Assembly (NCBI GenBank): GCA_002189035.1
Contig: NEEC01000017.1
Coordinates: forward strand, 1,116,001-1,180,000
Reading direction: 5' to 3'
Source: Utricularia gibba
Lineage: Eukaryota; Plantae; Magnoliophyta
DNA length: 64,000 nt
The notes below the pieces were generated by a model. The model ran no database searches. It worked only from the letters and a program-made list of their open reading frames with translations, and had not been told where the DNA came from. The position numbers were made by a program, and so were the translations under genes. Shown piece by piece: positions 26,172 to 38,046 of the stretch. Each line of letters begins with the position of its first letter. The first letter of the stretch is position 1.

Positions 26172-27002
26172 TTACCTGTTGATGAACTTGTGCTGATCGA
26201 AGATGACATAAACGTTTGGTTCGGACGCGAAGTTGTCCCAGTCTGCTGTAGATGAGGTTGTGTAGTTTGAGTTGAAGTCTCTAGTAACAGCGAGATTTTG
26301 CTGGATGATGGGAAAGCAAGGGTTCTTTGGCTTCGTTCCTGGTTCATGAATTAGGTCACCAAAACCGGGTCGACGAATCAATGAATCTTCGTTCAAAAAG
26401 GATGGGTTGCTGTTGCTAGAGCCTGCTAAAAGCTCAGAAAACTGCATATTGGCACCCCTCTTGTGCTCCTCTGCGAGACTCTTGATGCACATCTTCTCCT
26501 TTGTTCTTTCTCTAGCCCTATCTCTCGCTTTGGCCCTCGATTCTTTGGCAAGACTAGACGAATTCGGGTGTCGTTCGACGCTTTCCTTCACCTGTTTGCT
26601 GCATTCCAAAGGTGAGCTAGTGATGCCCTGGCCCAACTTCTCCTTGTTCTGCACCAGCTCCTTGATGGCGGTTTTGGAATTGGTAAGCAACCAATCAAGG
26701 GTATCACTTGGCTTGTCAAACTCCAGCATTTCTTGCAGATCAAAGAACTTCCGAGCAATCCCAATTGATAACCTAACCCTCCTGTCCCGTGGCCCTTGAG
26801 CTGTGTTTATCTTGCTGTGTCGATTCTTTTTCGCCGTCCTCTTCGTCTCCGATGCGGCGGCATTAGTCACACCGGAGAGATCTCCATTCATTTCATAATC
26901 AGGAGGAGTTGGGCTCACAAAGTGATGAGCAGGAAGCATTCTTGTCTGGGGATGAAGGATGATTTCTTCATCATTTACAGTAAACGCAGTCTTGGAGAAC
27001 AT
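26172..27002 (-). CDS. CYC: CYCLOIDEA/DICHOTOMA-like (CYC2 clade) class II TCP transcription factor, 276 aa unspliced
   Basis: TCP domain [45 protein letters not shown] domain [18 protein letters not shown], and a C-terminal DQHKFIN motif like Lamiales CYC2 proteins. Confidence 0.92.
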   Translation of the reverse strand: MFSKTAFTVNDEEIILHPQTRMLPAHHFVSPTPPDYEMNGDLSGVTNAAASETKRTAKKNRHSKINTAQGPRDRRVRLSIGIARKFFDLQEMLEFDKPSDTLDWLLTNSKTAIKELVQNKEKLGQGITSSPLECSKQVKESVERHPNSSSLAKESRAKARDRARERTKEKMCIKSLAEEHKRGANMQFSELLAGSSNSNPSFLNEDSLIRRPGFGDLIHEPGTKPKNPCFPIIQQNLAVTRDFNSNYTTSSTADWDNFASEPNVYVIFDQHKFINR

Positions 27003-27737
27003 CCTGAGAGGCTTTCAATCCAAAGGGAAACAAAAAAGCAAAACCCTATTGCAGAAAGAGAAAGAAGAAGCCCTTATACTTCCTGCAGTGAAGCCTAGAC
27101 AAGAGATCTTTGTCCTAATGGAACCCTTAGCCTCAGGGTAGAAAGCCTTTTGAACATGAGTCTGAAACATAGTCACTTCTGAGACCCTACCTAAAGCTAC
27201 AAAAACCAGACAAAAAGCTCATGGGGTGTTTGCATCTCCCAAAGTTCACTAATTCTACAGATCAAACAGATCAGAACTAATCCTCCAAACTTCCCACATG
27301 CACTGAGAATCCCTCTTCCTCTATAAAAACACTCATCCATCCTTCTAACAGCAATGAGATACCAGGAGGCGGATCAGTGAGGACCATGTACTGAGATTAT
27401 CCACTTTACATGAAAAGGGTTTCTAGGGCAAAGCTGCTTTTGTGGGTAGGGTAAGTAGGGCAAAAATGGAGGATGTAACAGGACACAGAAAAGAAAGAAG
27501 ACACAAGTTTGTGGTTTTGCAAGAGAATGGTGGTGGGTTAGTTGCGAAAACACGAGATGTTTACACAGATTGCAGAATTAAAGAAGATCATTTGACTGCT
27601 GAATGACCTTTGCTCAAAAAGCTGAGAGATTTGGAAGAGATTTTAGAGGGAGCCTCACTCATCCAATACAACTCACTCGTACTTTTTTGTCTATCATTCT
27701 ACGCTTCGGACAAAATCCTCCTCCTGGTTTCCCCCCA

Positions 27738-27745
27738 GGGCCCTC
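27738..27745. promoter_or_regulatory. Candidate CYC-binding site GGNCCCNC about 740 bp upstream of the CYC start codon
   Basis: GGGCCCTC at 27738-27745 in a GC-rich island (TTTCCCCCCAGGGCCCTCCTCCTC) within otherwise AT-rich DNA. Confidence 0.45.
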
Positions 27746-28876
27746 CTCCTCTTCCTCCCCTGTTGTCATTACTCCACAGGTGAAGTAAATTCTTTCCTCT
27801 CTCTTTATCTTTTTTTTTTTTTTCACACAATTTAATCCAAATAAGTTGATTTTAAAAAATGTGTTTTGCTCCATAGCCATCAGACAAGTCATCCTTTTTT
27901 TTTTCTCAATGTACTAATATTTGTACAAAATAGATATATAAACATTAAGAATGTATTTGATAGAGCTTGATTTATACCTCCAAATACATATGTGTTGTTT
28001 CATAAATTTGTTTTTCAATCTCACAATTTTATGTTTTTTTTTTCTGAAGAAAATACTTCATTTAAGATTAGATAAAATCTCACTATATAAATTATCATTT
28101 AATCTCATTCAAATCAATATAAGATTCGTCTAAAGTACTTTTATCCTTCTTCGGGGCGGGTTCTTCTGCTTCGTTGGAAACTCAATGTCTTTGCTAAGGT
28201 TTGATTCAACATCAGTTATAGATCTGGGTTTGGTTCTAATGCCAAATATAACAACTCGTGTTCTTATTACACGAAATTATCCGTGTTAGACATGAAGTTC
28301 TTGTAGTTTTACGTTTTTCACTTTCGAAGAAAAAAATTCATATATAAATAGAAAAAATCTATCTATATAAACTTATGTGTGATTTATAAAAGAATTACTT
28401 AATTCTTTCAATCATGAAAATGAGTTCGATTCTAAATGTGTATCAAATGCAATAATATTTTAGACATACATTCAAATACAAATAATGTATATTTAACTAA
28501 ATATAAATAATTCAAATATACTTTAAGAAATAGAATTTACGGGCCCGGGTAGGGGTTTTTGGGCTTCAATTTTTGAGACCGGCCGGCCCATTTACTGAAT
28601 TGGAATTAACGACCCATTCTGTCGAAGAACTCGTAGCTGGAAGTCTGCGGTCGCGGCGCTGAAGAAGAAGCAGTCAAAAATGCCGAGTTTCCCTGTGGCT
28701 TCGGCTGAAAAGTCAAATGTTTTCTTGGTGTCTTATTACCCCAAGAAGTCCAAATGTTTTGGTATCAGTTTCTGGGCCTCCCTGGCCAAACGAAGTCACA
28801 CTTCTCCTCTCCCTGCGTTGATTCGCTTTCTTAAGGTCACCGGTGATCGCCGTTTGCCAGTAGAATCACCCAGATC

Positions 28877-30103
28877 ATGGGGACTGGGTTCAGCCGATTG
28901 CAAAGAAGTATAAGTTCCATGCGCCCCCGGCGGCCCCTTGTGCTTCCGCCCCGAAGCTTCTCAACGCAAGTTTCCAACCCAGCCGCGCCGGATTTGGGCC
29001 CATTGGAGGCGGATCTGAGAACTTACGAGGACACCTACAACGCCGACGGTACTCTCCGACGCTTCGATTTGGTGTTACAGGATCGCACGAGCCGAGCAAT
29101 GAATTCGATTCGCGATGGGTTCGATGCCGGGTCATTGTCCCTGGATTCGCTCAAACAGGTAACGGAGTGGTTTCTGGCGACGGATGAATCTGTGGTTAAC
29201 TTGCTTCTGGAGAACAAGAGTGATATATGGAAAAACAAAGAGTTGTATGATCTTGTTGAAGACTATTTGTTGAACAGTTCTTTGACGTTGGAGTTCTGTA
29301 CTAAGCTGGATTCGTGCCTTAAACGAGCTACCCACATCGAAGCAATCATCAAAGTTGTTCATCGGAACTTCCAGGAGGAGAATTCAGTGGTTCCTGAGAA
29401 TGGGTCAGTGAGAAGTTACAGCAAGACATTGGAAAAGTTGGAGAATCTTAGAACCGTTGGGGATCCATTCACAGAGGATTTCTTTGAGATATTTCGTTCT
29501 GTGTGCAGTAATCAGCGAAAGATGTTAAAGAGACTGCGGATGAAGAAGAAGAAAATCAGTCAGAAACTAGCTAAACTGAATACATACAAGAGAATCTCCA
29601 ATGCCATATTTGTAGCTATTTTTGCTACAATTTTGGTCTGCTCTGTCGTAGCAGCAGCACTTGCAGCTCCGCCGGTCGTGACAGCTCTAGTTGCAGCAGC
29701 AACCGTGCCGATGGGATCAATGGGGACGTGGATCAGCTCCCTGTGGAAGAAATATGAGAAGGATTTGAAGGTGCAGATGGAGGCCGTGGATGCAATGCAA
29801 TTAGGGACCTGCTTGGTGGTCAAAGATATACAGAACATAAGAGTTCTGATGGATAAGTTCCGAATCGGAATCGAGGCTCTGAAAACGAACGCTGAGTTTG
29901 GCGTCCAGGGGGCTGAGGAACAGGTCTTGGCTGCTGTGGAGGAGATCATGAAGGAAGTGGTGAACTTCTCCACAGTTATACGTGACCTCACTGATCATGC
30001 TAGCAGGTGCTCCCGTGACACAAGTATGGCAAGATCTTTGATTCTCAGAAGGATGATAAATGAGTCCGGGGGATCATTGCAACCCACAGGTATGTTTCTA
30101 TGA
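28877..30103 (+). CDS. DUF677 / UPF0496 family protein, 408 aa
   Basis: Long single ORF with GSLSLDSLKQVT, DIWKNKELYDLVEDY..NSSLTLEFC, the hydrophobic VCSVVAAALAAPPV segment and PMGSMGTWISSLWKKYE. Confidence 0.88.
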   Translation: MGTGFSRLQRSISSMRPRRPLVLPPRSFSTQVSNPAAPDLGPLEADLRTYEDTYNADGTLRRFDLVLQDRTSRAMNSIRDGFDAGSLSLDSLKQVTEWFLATDESVVNLLLENKSDIWKNKELYDLVEDYLLNSSLTLEFCTKLDSCLKRATHIEAIIKVVHRNFQEENSVVPENGSVRSYSKTLEKLENLRTVGDPFTEDFFEIFRSVCSNQRKMLKRLRMKKKKISQKLAKLNTYKRISNAIFVAIFATILVCSVVAAALAAPPVVTALVAAATVPMGSMGTWISSLWKKYEKDLKVQMEAVDAMQLGTCLVVKDIQNIRVLMDKFRIGIEALKTNAEFGVQGAEEQVLAAVEEIMKEVVNFSTVIRDLTDHASRCSRDTSMARSLILRRMINESGGSLQPTGMFL

Positions 30104-30353
30104 TACTGAAGCACAGATGCACTCACAGAGGTTTTGTGATGAGTTTCTGCATATGTGTATGTATGTACAGTTGATTGAGCAACTGAACTCTTCATTCATT
30201 GAAATAACAAATTATATACTTCAGATGATTCAAACAAAATAATCACGAAACTATCCATGTTTCATTATTTTGTATGAGAAAACCAAATAAGACAACATGA
30301 CCAAAAGAAAGGAAGAAGCAACCCACACACATGCTTGTACCAGAACCATGTTT

Positions 30354-32497
30354 TCATGGCTTCCTTTCCATGGAGTCCTCTTCACCTTCTCTCCTCCCTC
30401 GCAAGTACTTGTAGTAAACATACTGCGATACTATCTGCAATCACGAGTAAAGTTTCTTTTTTTCTCAGAAGGATGACTGGTCTAAATTCAATGATCATGC
30501 GCAATGATACCAATAAATCGAGGAGAATGCAGACGACAGCGTCCAAGAGCCATGGCAAGTTGGCTTTTATCTTCTCCCATGCGATTGTTCTCACAAGAAT
30601 GCTGTGACATTATCAAAAGGTACTGCTGTTGGTATGCACCCTATTTGAGTTTCGATAATTCGAGTTCAATCCGTACATAGTGTGTGTTGTTACCTGGCTA
30701 CATATGTTGAGTTCCCAGCTAGAGCAAAGATGAACATCAGAGGATTCAACCCCTGCATCAATTTACTAGAGAATCACACACCAACAGTTTTGTTCTCAGA
30801 ATGAATGTATGCCAATATGTTCTTTGCTTCTATGCAAAACATGATGAGAGTAGCAAAAGAGTTACCTCGGCATGTCCTCGTTTAATCTGATGTTCAGATA
30901 GAAAAAAAGGATCAGCATGTTCGATCAGAAATGTGTAGAATTGTTAGAACAGCAACAAGTTTGTTCCTTTAAAGCTAAACTTACATTCAAATATATTTGT
31001 GGGAGACGTCCACCCATGTATATGCCTGCCATCATCCACCCGAGCCACTGCCCTGTCACACTTTCGCTACCATGTTCCTGATCAGAGAATCAGAATATCA
31101 AGTTAAAAGATTCTCAATCAGCATTCAGGAAATTTGTGCTTTCCATCGAGTGCCTTACTTGCAACAACTTTCTTGCTGTAACACCAATGTACATTAATCC
31201 CTTTGTCTTTGCAGGCATGCTCATCGACGTAACTACGAATGCTCCCATCCCAGCCTGGTAAAGGATATTACACACATGATCATATGGACAACCATTGTAA
31301 TGAGCCACTTCAAGGAGTTATGCAAGAAAACTCACTGGTCTTGGGATTTGCTTAGGTTTACTAGCAGTTTGCCTGATTGGAATTGATCTCACTTCATCAT
31401 CTTCATCTGAAGATGAATCATATCTGAGTCCAATGGCTGATGGACCACTCTTAGCCGGCCCGAGATACGACCGGAATGGTGGAGTGAAGCTCCCAGCCAT
31501 TGATCTTGCTGATCTGCATACAGTTTTACAGCAAGTCAGCAAGGAAACTTAAATCATTCCTCGAACCACAAGCAGCAATCCTCTCATAAAATAGAGCTGT
31601 ACGTGTAGTAGTATGCTTCTTTCCGCGGGATCCCAATTACAGAACCAGATGGTTTATGAGGCTTCAAGGGCCTCTCCAATTCCTCAACCTGCACAGAACA
31701 ACAGCTGGTTTTAAGTGAACTTGGTGACAGCAAGTCAATCTAGTTGCTTATATTTATCAAAATCACCTCATCCTCTGATTCTTCTTGTTTGATATGCAGC
31801 CATTTTCGAAAATACTCGTAATATACGCTTTGCAGAAGAAGTACTGATGTTGTAGCAGTGTAAAGCTAAACCCCACAAAATTCCAACTTTCAGACAAAAT
31901 TGAAACATGTCATTGCTCTTTCATTAGTTGGTAATACAACTCGAATCCACGAGCATATCACATGACAACAACCACCGTATGAAAATCTAGAAGAAAGATT
32001 CAAATTTTGAGTGATGAACAACTTACCACCGCTGTATACAATTGAGTCGGCAACTGCATCACCAAAAAAACGATCACTGAATAACAGTTTAAAGCAAACA
32101 AAAGTGAAGAATGAAGGGAAGACTCACAGTTGCAGGTTCAAGAAGACATCCCAGCAAATTGAAAACATCACTACAAAGTAACAAACCAAAAAAATGAGCT
32201 GAGAAAGCAGAAAGACCGCAAGAGTAAAAAATAAAAAATAATAAAAGAAGCCAACCCGAGAACCCATGCGAAGAGGAAGAGTATAGAGATTCCATGGCCA
32301 GATTTTGTCTTGAAATTGGTACAAATTTGCGGGAGTTCAGCAATTCCCCACATGAAAAGGCTCACAATCCCCAAACTGAATGAAACCTCATCTTTTGCGT
32401 TGCAGAGACAATCTTTGAAGTACCTGTTAACCCAACCGATGCATGGCTTGCTTTCCTTGACACAATAAGATGAAGAGAGGTTGTTTTGAAGCTCCAT
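30354..32497 (-). CDS. PQ-loop repeat (PQL/LAAT-1-like) vacuolar cationic amino-acid transporter, about 12 exons
   Basis: First exon 32497-32256 (YCVKESKPCIGWVNRYFKDCLCN...AELPQICTNF). Later exons LLEPATLPTQLYTA, GGRLPQIYLN (second PQ loop), GLNPLMFIFAL and ANLPWLLDAVVC. Last exon ends MERKP* at 30354. Confidence 0.9.
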
Positions 32498-33260
32498 TGA
32501 AAGGTGGAGGCTTTTGAAACCAAAGAGAGCTAGTTGCTTTTGGTCACAAGGTTTTTTTAGAGGTATTCGTTCAGTGGAAACAGCAGTTCCCTTATCAGCC
32601 TTTCTCTCTTTCTTTTTTGGCCCTTCCTTTTCACAGGTGTTGAGTGGCTCACAATTTGGCTGCTTCCCATCAAGTTTCCACAAAATACAGGTTTAGAAAA
32701 ATTGCAATTTGACAGAACAATCATGACACAACACTGTCAAACAAACGCAGAGTTGTTCAAGTTAAAATTCGTAGGCTTTCCCAATTCACAGTACCCAAAG
32801 TACAATATGTGATAGAGGTGGTTGGCTGCATGGGAATGAACAACCAACACATGGCCATAAGGGAATCGCCATAAACGTTCCTTTCATGCATCCACTAAAG
32901 GAACTCAATTCACTACTACATAATGATTCTTAGTAATGTTGAAAAGGGACAATTCTGAAAAATCCTTCACCCAACAAAGCACATGAGATTTTAGGCAAAG
33001 GGGAGGATGGGGAGCCATTGAAATCTCGGAAAGCACGAGGAGATTCTCGAATCCAGAAAGCGACACGGGAGTCGGTGGGGACACCGCGTGTCGCATCCGA
33101 AAACATGTTTTCACGGGGCCGTGCGCTTTTCAGGGGAAAAAAATTAAGTAAATAAAATGTCCCCATGTGCTGCCACCTCCCTTCGTAGTTATCCATCCTC
33201 TGCAATTGTCTCCTCCATTGTCGTCCACTTCTTTCAAACTCTGCTACTAGGTTTATTTAA

Positions 33261-33439
33261 GGGTGGGTTTGGTTGTTTGATATAAAGTGGGTGTAAGTGG
33301 ATTAATAAAAAATACTCCTGTTTAATATCTTATTAAATATTTAATTAGTGAATTTAAAAAATACCCATCTATATCCAAATAAATTATACCTAAATTCTCT
33401 AAACCCAATCAACACATTTACATCTAACCAAACGCACCC
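33261..33439. mobile_element. Tourist (PIF/Harbinger) MITE, 179 bp
   Basis: TIRs GGGTGGGTTTGGTT (33261-33274) and AACCAAACGCACCC (33426-33439), 13/14 match. TAA target-site duplication at 33258-33260 and 33440-33442. Confidence 0.85.
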
Positions 33440-34320
33440 TAAACTATTATTCGCAGTCAAGTCTTAATTAAGAAAAATGCCCTAATTAATTCCAAGGATA
33501 TATTCGTCATTCCCTAGTCCATGTCCAGTCTCCCATCGGCAATTAGATTGGGCCGAGTAGGCTTTGGACCTTCAAGTGTAATTGTACTAATTAGCCCATG
33601 CCAAGCCGGCCCAACAAGCCTTAATTTCAATCACACTTATATTATACCTATTATATAATTTGAAGTTGTTCTTCACATTATGTCGAATAGAATCAATTTT
33701 AAGATTTTATAAATAAAATCAGTTTGAAATTGTAAAATTTTTTGTAAAATAACATAAAATTATATTATAAACTTTAATACAATAAATACATATTACAAAT
33801 TTGATTATACTAAATTATTATATAATATTATAATACAATGGAAATATAATAAAAAAATGAATAATATCATTTTCATATTTATTTTTTTATTTAATCATTA
33901 CAAAAGAGAATCATTAAATTTAATAATTTCTGAAATTAATCATAAAATCAAAATTTCTGATTTTACAAATTAAAAATTATAATTTTAAAAAATTAAACAT
34001 AATCATTTTAATAAATTATGAAAACAGAGTAGGCTTGCTTATGATGAAATGATTCATATCCTAAAACGATTCAATATTAATTTTTAAAATACATAAAAAA
34101 AATACCAAAATCATCACAACTTTTCTTCTTTTCAAGAAATTATAGGGGTTGAGCTTCTAGTTTCATTATCGATATTATATAAAAAAAAAGTATTTTAGAT
34201 GCGTCATAAGTATTCGTATACAACATGCTGATGCGTTGTTGATATTCGAATTTTAAAAAGACTGGGGATGGGATCCATGGTGGAAGACAGGGACCGCAAT
34301 GCTAATGTAATGTGATGATT

Positions 34321-34710
34321 GGCGCCACGTGGCGGGCAGAGAGCTCTGCCACCGGGAAGGACCACATGAGGACCACGGCCCTTCAATTATTTGGATGTCC
34401 CTTTCCTTATTGGGCCGTCCTTGTCCGAATTTGGGCCCATCCCTAAAGGCGACCCACCAGGGGACGGGGAATGGGCATAGGATTGCCAGGGGAGGGACAG
34501 AATTTCTTTTAAAATAAAATAATTACAAATATTAGCATCAGGAAAGCCCCAAATTAAGCACGTGGAGCGCCGCCATTGGTTATGGGCTCAACGTCAGTAG
34601 GTGAACCGCCGCTTTCCCCTTGAATAAATTTCTCACGTCCATTTCGGCAAGATTTATTCGCTTTCAATTAATAATTATTATTTTACATAAAATGTGGGCG
34701 GGTCCCATGT
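34321..34710. promoter_or_regulatory. GC-rich island with clustered TCP sites and G-boxes (candidate distal enhancer)
   Basis: CACGTG at 34326 and 34559, GGACCAC at 34359 and 34370, TGGGCC/GGGCCC motifs, GGTCCCA at 34701. No coding gene between about 33.2 and 38.0 kb. Confidence 0.45.
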
Positions 34711-35869
34711 GAGGCATGTTTTTGGACGCTTCTCTTTGGTTTACATTGCACTTCTACTTGCCCAAACGAAACTCCATTTCTATTTGATAAAATAACTCAA
34801 ATTTAATCGTGTTTTCAATATTTAATTAATGACAAGTATTGCAATAGGGTATATAATAAGGAAGTGAATTTTATTATATTAAATATGTTATTATGCAACA
34901 TTATTATACTGAATTTTTCCTTAAAAAAATAACGTAGAGAAAACGAGGTTAATAAACATTTATAATACAATGGAAGTTAAGAACCTATAAATTTTATTGA
35001 TGAAAAAAATTCAGTTACATATTAAATAGTGTCATATGTTGAAATTAAAAATTTAATAAATCGAATGAACATAACTAAATTTCAAATATACACAATAAAT
35101 ATAAATCATATTAATAAACATGAACATCCACTCAAGACACACACAAAACTACCCACATTAGGATGCCTTTTCTTAATAATTATTTCTTGTAAATTTGTAA
35201 AAACGCAGTGTGTGTTGTCTGTCGTGTGACTACACACACCATACACAGGATTGAATACAAGCACCAGCTCGCTGTCAACAGTAAGGAAAGTGGATGATTG
35301 GGCCACGCTTCACTGTGGCTTATTTTCCTCTCCTCACCTCACCTCCCGTGGCAGTTAAATAAAGAAATGCAAATGCTTTATCCAACTTCACAATCCCATC
35401 GTCACTATCTTACTACATTGTTGTTGGCTTGCCAACCAGAACCAGTACAGGGAGCTTCCCTCACCTTCTCACTGTTACCGACAACAAGGAGCTACTTAAG
35501 AGGTTTGAGAGAGCAGGTTTATGGGTGATTGGTAAAGGAAAATATTGAAATTCAACGATAAATCAAATGAGCACACATGAAAATCACGTACATAATAACA
35601 TGAATTATATTAAAAAAACATTAAAATCAATCAATTATTTATAATTTTTTATATATTTGATTATATTAATTTTATTTTACGATGTGAAATTATGTATTGT
35701 AATACTTTGGGTGTGTCCGACTCAATGCGAAAAGCTACCCACATAAAAGAGATTCATCGTGTCTGAAGCATCGACGCGGATGCGCTCATACATGAATGAA
35801 ACCTGTAAGAACCAGACGTGGTAAACACACACGGGTGAATAACTAGTGAGTTGAACACACCAAACTGGG

Positions 35870-36000
35870 CGCGCTCGTGTGTGGGGGGCGAGAGAGAGAG
35901 AGAGGAGAGGTGGTGTGGTGCGCACGTGTGGGGGGGGGGGGGGGGCAGGGGTAAAATGGGCAACGAGTGAAAACAGAGTCCTGGTCGGTGGTCCCCAGGT
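35870..36000. promoter_or_regulatory. GA-repeat / G-box / poly-G / TCP-site island upstream of BLH
   Basis: (GA)n tract, CACGTG at 35923, G-run at about 35930-35945, GTGGTCCC at 35988-35995. Confidence 0.4.
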
Positions 36001-37560
36001 GGGAATCGCGTGACCACTGACCATTGAACCAAAACACATGACGAGGAATGCAACACCACATCAATCAGCCTCCTTTTTCTGGTTGAGAAACCAAAAAAAA
36101 AGTCACACTTACCCAATAATCCGGTACAATATAATCTAACTCATATTTCTCAATAATGAAAAATGGAATTCTTATTTTTATAAATTTGTATTACAGTTCG
36201 GATATATTTTGAAAAAATTTTACGATTGATCACTACATTAAATTATAATTTCATGTCCATCTAACTAACCTGCAAGAAACTATAGACATCAAACCGACTT
36301 CTGCATCCAAAAGAGGTTAACTTCCACATTTTCACTCTTGATCTCAAAACTTATATTCATTAAATTATATCAACTACATAATGAGATTTTTAAAATTGTT
36401 ATGTATCTCAAACAATTATAATAACAGTCTCAGAGAGACAATAAAACAACGATATAAATCCTAATTCCGAAACTCTAAATTATAAAAATAAGAGATTAGG
36501 TCTCCTTATCTCATTGGTGCTGGGTTCTGCACTACGTCGGACTGATTAAGGTTCTACGCTCATGTCGGAATCAATCAAGCGTAACCACTTTGTGAGTGTG
36601 AGGTATCCAACACATGAAAAATAATACTGAGACTTCCTTCCTCTTCACTGTCGTTGTGATTTGAGGTTTCCTCCTCCACACTTGAGTTCGCCACAACTGC
36701 TTCCATGAAGTAGGATGCCAAGTCCCTCTCCAAGCACTGCACTCAAGTGGGATTGCCTTAACAGCGATAGATGCACCTCATCCACGGCAACACAAACCGA
36801 TCATGTACCCAATTTAATCATCGGTTTTTCCTATTGAAATTGAAATTAAGGATTCGATATATCGTATGAATACACAAAATATTAGACTTAATCAATTTTA
36901 ATGATTTATAATTTCTTATATACTTAGCTATTTGATTTTAAATTTTGATGTGATATTGTTTGTTTTAATGCATCCAAAATGACTATCCATTCCGAAAACT
37001 ATTTAATATGATAACAACTATAATTTCTAAATTTATTTTCTTTTTAAAATAGAAATCACCAAGTTGTTTTTGTAATGTTTTCTTTAAAAGCACAAGTTGT
37101 TCCAAATATGATCTTATTGTTTATTCTATATCAAAAGTATAAAATTATAATTTAAATTCTATAAATAGTTAATAGTTAAAAAAATTACTTCAATACTATG
37201 TTGTTTGGATACCAATAAAAATGAATGATGAAATGTGATATAGCGCAGAATTTAGAATCGACGGGTATATGAGATTTTACTGTATGTAATATTATTATAC
37301 TAATATATATTATAATTAAAAGAAAAACACAACTTATTATATTTTATTTTATGAATATTTAAATTCCAATAAATAGATTCTAAATTCTACACGCCAGTAA
37401 AATATCATCATTAAAAAAATAGAAAAAATAATATTATTTTATTTAATTTTTTTTTTAAATTTGACAATTAAGATGAAAAAAAGGGGTAAAAAGTGGGGAA
37501 TAAATTGGGGGCGCTCTGCTTTATTAAAAAACGAAATCTTGATAGAGCCCGGTCTACGGT

Positions 37561-37578
37561 GCGGGGTGTGTGTGCGGG

Positions 37579-37616
<38 letters not shown>

Positions 37617-37630
37617 TAGAGAGAGGGGAG
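37561..37630. repeat. (GT)n(GA)n compound microsatellite in the BLH promoter/leader
   Basis: Direct reading: GTGTGT... followed by GAGAGA... Confidence 0.9.
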
Positions 37631-38046
37631 GGGCGAGACTTGAGCGAGCATTCTTTTGTCACAAGGGTATAGGAAGCTTGTGATCCAAACCCGACCTGAA
37701 AAACTTCTCTTTCGAGAAGATGATTGCAGAGAGCAACAGCAGCAGTGGAAAAGGAAAGAAAACGAAAGCTACACAGAGACACAAGATATAAGGACTCAAC
37801 AACCGCAGCCCCAGCTCCCCTCCTCTTCTTCTTTCCTTCATTTCCATCTCACACAACAACACACAGAGGAGAAAACGATGGTTCTTGGGTGATGGCTCTA
37901 TCCGTAGCAGGTACTCTAGAGGGCACACCGGGTTTCTCTCTTTCTTTGGGTGTTTTGGTGGATTAAAGTTTGTGTTGGAGAATTTGATCGAAATTTTCAG
38001 ATTGGTGAAGGGGGAGCAGGAATTAGTCAGGTGGAGATCGGATTCA

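Noticed and set aside
35260-35530. Possible miRNA precursor (AGGGAGCTTCCCT resembles miR159/319)
   Set aside because: The mature sequence does not match and no long hairpin is evident. No conserved miRNA was recognised anywhere in the window.
36500-36800. Possible gag zinc-knuckle remnant (CIYRC*GNPT*) on the minus strand
   Set aside because: Two stops within the motif, and no LTR, PBS or PPT found; too weak to call.
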